Source of the DNA: Tubiluchus corallicola
Taxonomy: Eukaryota; Animalia; Priapulida
Assembly: GCA_030141605.1 (NCBI GenBank)
Contig: JAQGDQ010000849.1
Span: 23,567-87,566 of the forward strand
Reading direction: 5' to 3'
DNA length: 64,000 nucleotides
The notes below the pieces were generated by a model. The model did no database searches and had not been told where the DNA came from. It was given only the letters and a program-made list of their open reading frames with translations. Each line of letters opens with the position of its first letter. Position 1 is the stretch's first letter. Shown here piece after piece: positions 60,150-64,000 of this stretch. A program made the position numbers and the translations under genes.

Positions 60150-60826
60150 GTAAAACATTAACACCTCCGAGACTTGCTTTGCATTTCTGCATTAGTATTT
60201 GTTGTTAAGCTTTTGCAGAAGGATTTTTAATCAAAAATTCAACCTTAACACTAAAAATTGCATTGTGCACTGTCAGGCCTCAAAGCACTTCGTCTAACTT
60301 CACAAGCAATGAAATGGAAAATTTAAACCTGAGAGATCGGGACTTCCAAATATATGTTGAATATCTTGGGGTAAAGTAATACTTCTTAGTAGCTGCTCTT
60401 GTGCTATAGTTATGAATATCACTGACTAGAGTAAAATACTTTAGTTAAATTATTTGAGTAGTATTTATACATAAATTTAGCTAATTCTAACTGATGTACA
60501 TCATGTATTTTTAAAACTTGCTAGACATGAAATGAAAGTTCAGCTGGATCTGTATATCTACTAAATGTAATAATTAGACAATTTTATTTTGTGCAACGCA
60601 TATTGGCTTTAAAATTGCGTTATTGGCTGATCCCCAACAGAGTGCACAATACTCAAAATATGGATACACAAAGGACTAGCAAAGAGTTTGGCGGGTGTTT
60701 CTGTTAAGAAAATGCGGTATTTTTGAAAATAATACATTAGCTTGTTGAGCTTGTACAATATAAATTTTGAGTGCATAATCAAGTCAGTTTGTTGTCAATA
60801 TGCAACCCTAAATATTTTATGTAGGT
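60150..60826 (-). mobile_element. Older CR1/L2-like LINE, 3' part
   Basis: Minus strand YIKYLGLHIDNKLT...PYFEYCALCWG...HNYSTR motifs with stops. Confidence 0.8.
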
Positions 60827-62416
60827 AGTCCTTAATAATATTGACAAAAATGTATTTGTGTGTGGCATCTTCCTAGATCTGTCCAAGGCTTTTGACACTG
60901 TACAACATAATATATTACTCCAAAAAATGAAACATTATGGTATTAGAGGACTATCCCAAAATTTCTTTGCATCTTACTTGCACAACAGACAACAGTACAC
61001 TTCCATTGGAGATACTAGCTCAAATCTAACTACTATAACATGTGGAGTACCACAAGGCTCTACTCTAGGCCCGATATTGCTTCTTTTGTACATAAATGAT
61101 CTTGTAAACTGTTCAAACTTCCACACTAGAATGTTTGCAGATGACACTAATCTATTCTTAACAGATACAAAGATAATTAATTTACAAACTTCAGTTAACA
61201 GTGAATTGCATAAGATTAATCAGTGGATGAAAGCTAACAAACTGTCTATTAACTATAAAAAGACAAAATACATGCTGATTACGCCTGGCCGCAAAACAGA
61301 CGCATATGAAAATTTCCAGATTTCAATGAATAATCAAATATTAACTAGGTCTAAAGAAATTAAATACCTCGGTATGTTCATTGATGATAACTTAACATGG
61401 TCTACACAAACAAAACACATAACCTACAAAATTAGCAAAATCAAGGGCATAATTGCGAGGATAAGACACTACATAAATACAGATGTACTAAAACTAATAT
61501 ACCATGCTTTGGTTTATTCTTATCTTCACTATGGGATTCTTTCCTGGGGCACTGCATCTTCAAATACTTTAAAACCGATACAAACTCATCAAAACATTAT
61601 AGTTAAGCTGATGACATTTTCTGGTAGACGGGAACATGCAACGCCATCCTACATTAAATTGGGCCTCTTAAAACTGAATGATATCTACAAACTCGAGCTT
61701 GCAAAATTTGTATACAAATTTAAGAATAACTTACTACCAGAATTGTTTCTAAATTACTATACGCCAGCATCCGATATTCACAGTTACAACACTAGGTTTT
61801 CTACTAACAGTTCTTTCTTTATCGAACGATTTAATACATCTAAGGGTCAAACGTCGTTAAAATATCAGGGATCAGTATTATGGAACTCTCTACCTGCTCA
61901 TATAACTTCTTTACCTCTGCATTCGCTAAAAAACAGTACGCTAAGGCACTTCTTGAAGCTTACAAATAAATCAGTTTTTTTGTCTGTTAGATGTACATTC
62001 TTATGGTAACTTTTGCTTAAAAACATTTTTATGAGGTGCAAACTCACTTTTTCGCTGTTGTATTTTTGTTTTTGTATTTCTGTACGTTTGTGTATTTATT
62101 AGATGTATTTATCAGAAACAATTGTAAGGTATTTTGCTTAGTAGTTCGTAAATTTGTCATGGTTTTTGATTTTTGTCTTTTGCTGTTGTATTTTTGTTTT
62201 TTGTATTTCTGCACGTTTATGTATTTTTTAATATAGCTGTGTCTACTGTCCTTAGCGTCCTTTTGTTTACTGTCCTTTGAGAAGGGTGGTTGACTCGATA
62301 ACCTTTGGTTTTTCGCCACCCTTTCTCCTATGTTTGTTTGTATTTTTGTGTATTTTATTGTCAAATTATTGTATATGGAGGAAAATAAATTACTATTACT
62401 ATTACTATTACTATTA
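60827..62416 (+). mobile_element. Younger 5'-truncated CR1/L2-like LINE (RT fragment, 3' UTR, (TTACTA)n tail)
   Basis: ORF 60858-62009 has FLDLSKAFDTV, GVPQGSTLGP, FADD, KYLG and WNSLP; AATAAA plus TTACTA repeats at ~62384-62416. Confidence 0.92.
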
Positions 62417-63960
62417 CAAAATGTTGTTGCCCGTGTTAATAGTAAAATGGGTGTTATTTTTAAATATGACGAGTTTCTTGATATTAACATGTATTTTGTT
62501 TTAGTGTAGTTGGCTGTTAATTTATTGGCTTTCATCTAGGAATTAATTTTGTGGAGCTCATCGTTGTACTTGTGTAAGGTTAGAGAAATTTAAGAATAAG
62601 TTTCTTATCAATTGGAAATAACCATACTTGAAAATGCGAACAATTAGCAAAGTCATTTATATAAATTAGCAATAACAGTGGGCCTAAGCTGAAACATTGT
62701 GAGATGCCAAAGAACTAGCAAAATGTCAGAATTGGAATTGTTTGTGCTAGTGAACTGTCTTTTATTGTGCAAGTAAGAACTTAGTAACTGCGAGAGTGTG
62801 CCTTTTGTGCCATGATCTTCAAGTTTTTTTAGCAGTGTATGTTATTGGACAGTGTCAAAAGTTGTGTAAGATCAAGGAATATGCCACAGATGATTAAATT
62901 TTTGTCAAAGTTATTATGGATACTGTAAATTATTTCAGCTGTAGCTAGCATGACTGAATAATTTTGTCTCAATCCAGATTGATATTTGCTAAAAATATTA
63001 AGAGAAGTAAAAATTTGAGAATCTGGAGTAAATAACTAATTCGAAGATTTTGCTTGCAGGAGACAGTAAAAATATAGATTTATAGATTGGTATAATTTAT
63101 TGCATCTGGACATGTTCCTGAATTACAGATATATTTATTTGTTTAGCAAGTACAGAGGAAATAGTGTTATTGCTAAATTTGTAATATTATCTGGCACACT
63201 TTCAGGTCTCGATGATTTGGATACATTCAGTTAAGAGATCAGTGTGGAAACCTCATGTTGTAAAACAGTGTCTATAGCGATGCTTATGGGATTAGGTTGC
63301 CCCATGTATCTCTCATTAGGTTCTCAGAGGCTGTAATTTTGCTTTCCAGTTCGTTTCCAACAGATGCGAGAAAATCGTTTACATAGTTTGCAATACTAAC
63401 GGGGCAGAACTTATTTTTTGCATTATTATTGATTTTAGTTGGTGCAATGCCACATATCTTTTTGTTTTTTATGATTTCACTCAACGATGGCCACACGTTG
63501 TGCATTATCTTTATTTTGACTGATGCGGCTATTATAGTATTTTTCTTTGCATGCACTTTAATTTATTAAAGTATTGCTTCTACTGATATCTTTTTAATAG
63601 TGAATTGTAAAATTTGTGAGTCCTGTACATGTTGCTGCAGGTTTTTATAGAATAAGCATGCCAGGTGAAAGCAATGGTTTTTGTAATGTTATTTTTCCTT
63701 TTCTAGATAATGCTTTTCAAGATGCATGTCTTCTTAAAACTGCCTTAAATTTTAAAAGAAATGTGTTAAATTTGCTGATAAGTTCTTGTGAGGAATGTTT
63801 GAGTTTGCCGAGAAAAGCATTTTGATTGAAGTTCCGAATAAACCTAACTTTAACATTTGCTACTTATTTGTGTATGTACGAGGATTTGATTGTTGCAAGG
63901 ATAGGTAAATTGTCTCCTATAGCATACAAAACAATTCCTGGTTTGATAGGATTCACAAGA
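62417..63960 (-). mobile_element. Older CR1/L2-like LINE, 5' part (degenerate RT and upstream ORF2)
   Basis: MKANKLTANYTKTKYML, ICGIFLDL..FDTV and VNDFLASVG motifs, broken by stops and frameshifts. Confidence 0.82.
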
Positions 63961-63966
63961 GCATTA

Positions 63967-63967
<1 letters not shown>

Positions 63968-64000
<33 letters not shown>
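63968..64000. repeat. (AT)n microsatellite at the window end
   Basis: Direct inspection. Confidence 0.95.

Noticed and set aside
59411-62009. Diversity-generating-retroelement-like layout (C-type lectin, repeat copy, nearby RT)
   Set aside because: Mismatches are not adenine-specific: of 27, 11 have A in the downstream copy, 5 have A in the gene and 11 involve no A. The RT is a 5'-truncated CR1/L2 LINE, not a DGR RT.

Overview
AT-rich animal (probably invertebrate) genomic DNA with spliceosomal introns; all alignments and counts were made by eye. Host genes: the 3' end of a syntaxin-1 gene (+) with two alternative transmembrane terminal exons, a GT-A glycosyltransferase (-) whose signal peptide is best explained by a 61-nt intron, and a C-type lectin (+, EPN/WND) followed by a diverged in-frame copy of its ligand-binding segment. 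Two young LTR retrotransposons dominate 37.3-58.6 kb. The first is a Gmr1-like Ty3/gypsy element (SCAN-like Gag, PR-IN-RH order) whose single 1277-aa ORF is open but lacks the entire reverse transcriptase. The second is a 12.9-kb retrovirus-like gypsy element with gag, a -1 frameshift signal, pol and a baculovirus-F/errantivirus-type env; it also has a tRNA-His PBS, a CAAG TSD and a second polypurine-tract copy just upstream of env. The rest is TTAA-targeting MITEs (Kolobok/T2-like and piggyBac-like), CR1/L2- and RTE-like LINE fragments, minisatellites and microsatellites. There is no CRISPR, rRNA or intact tRNA.
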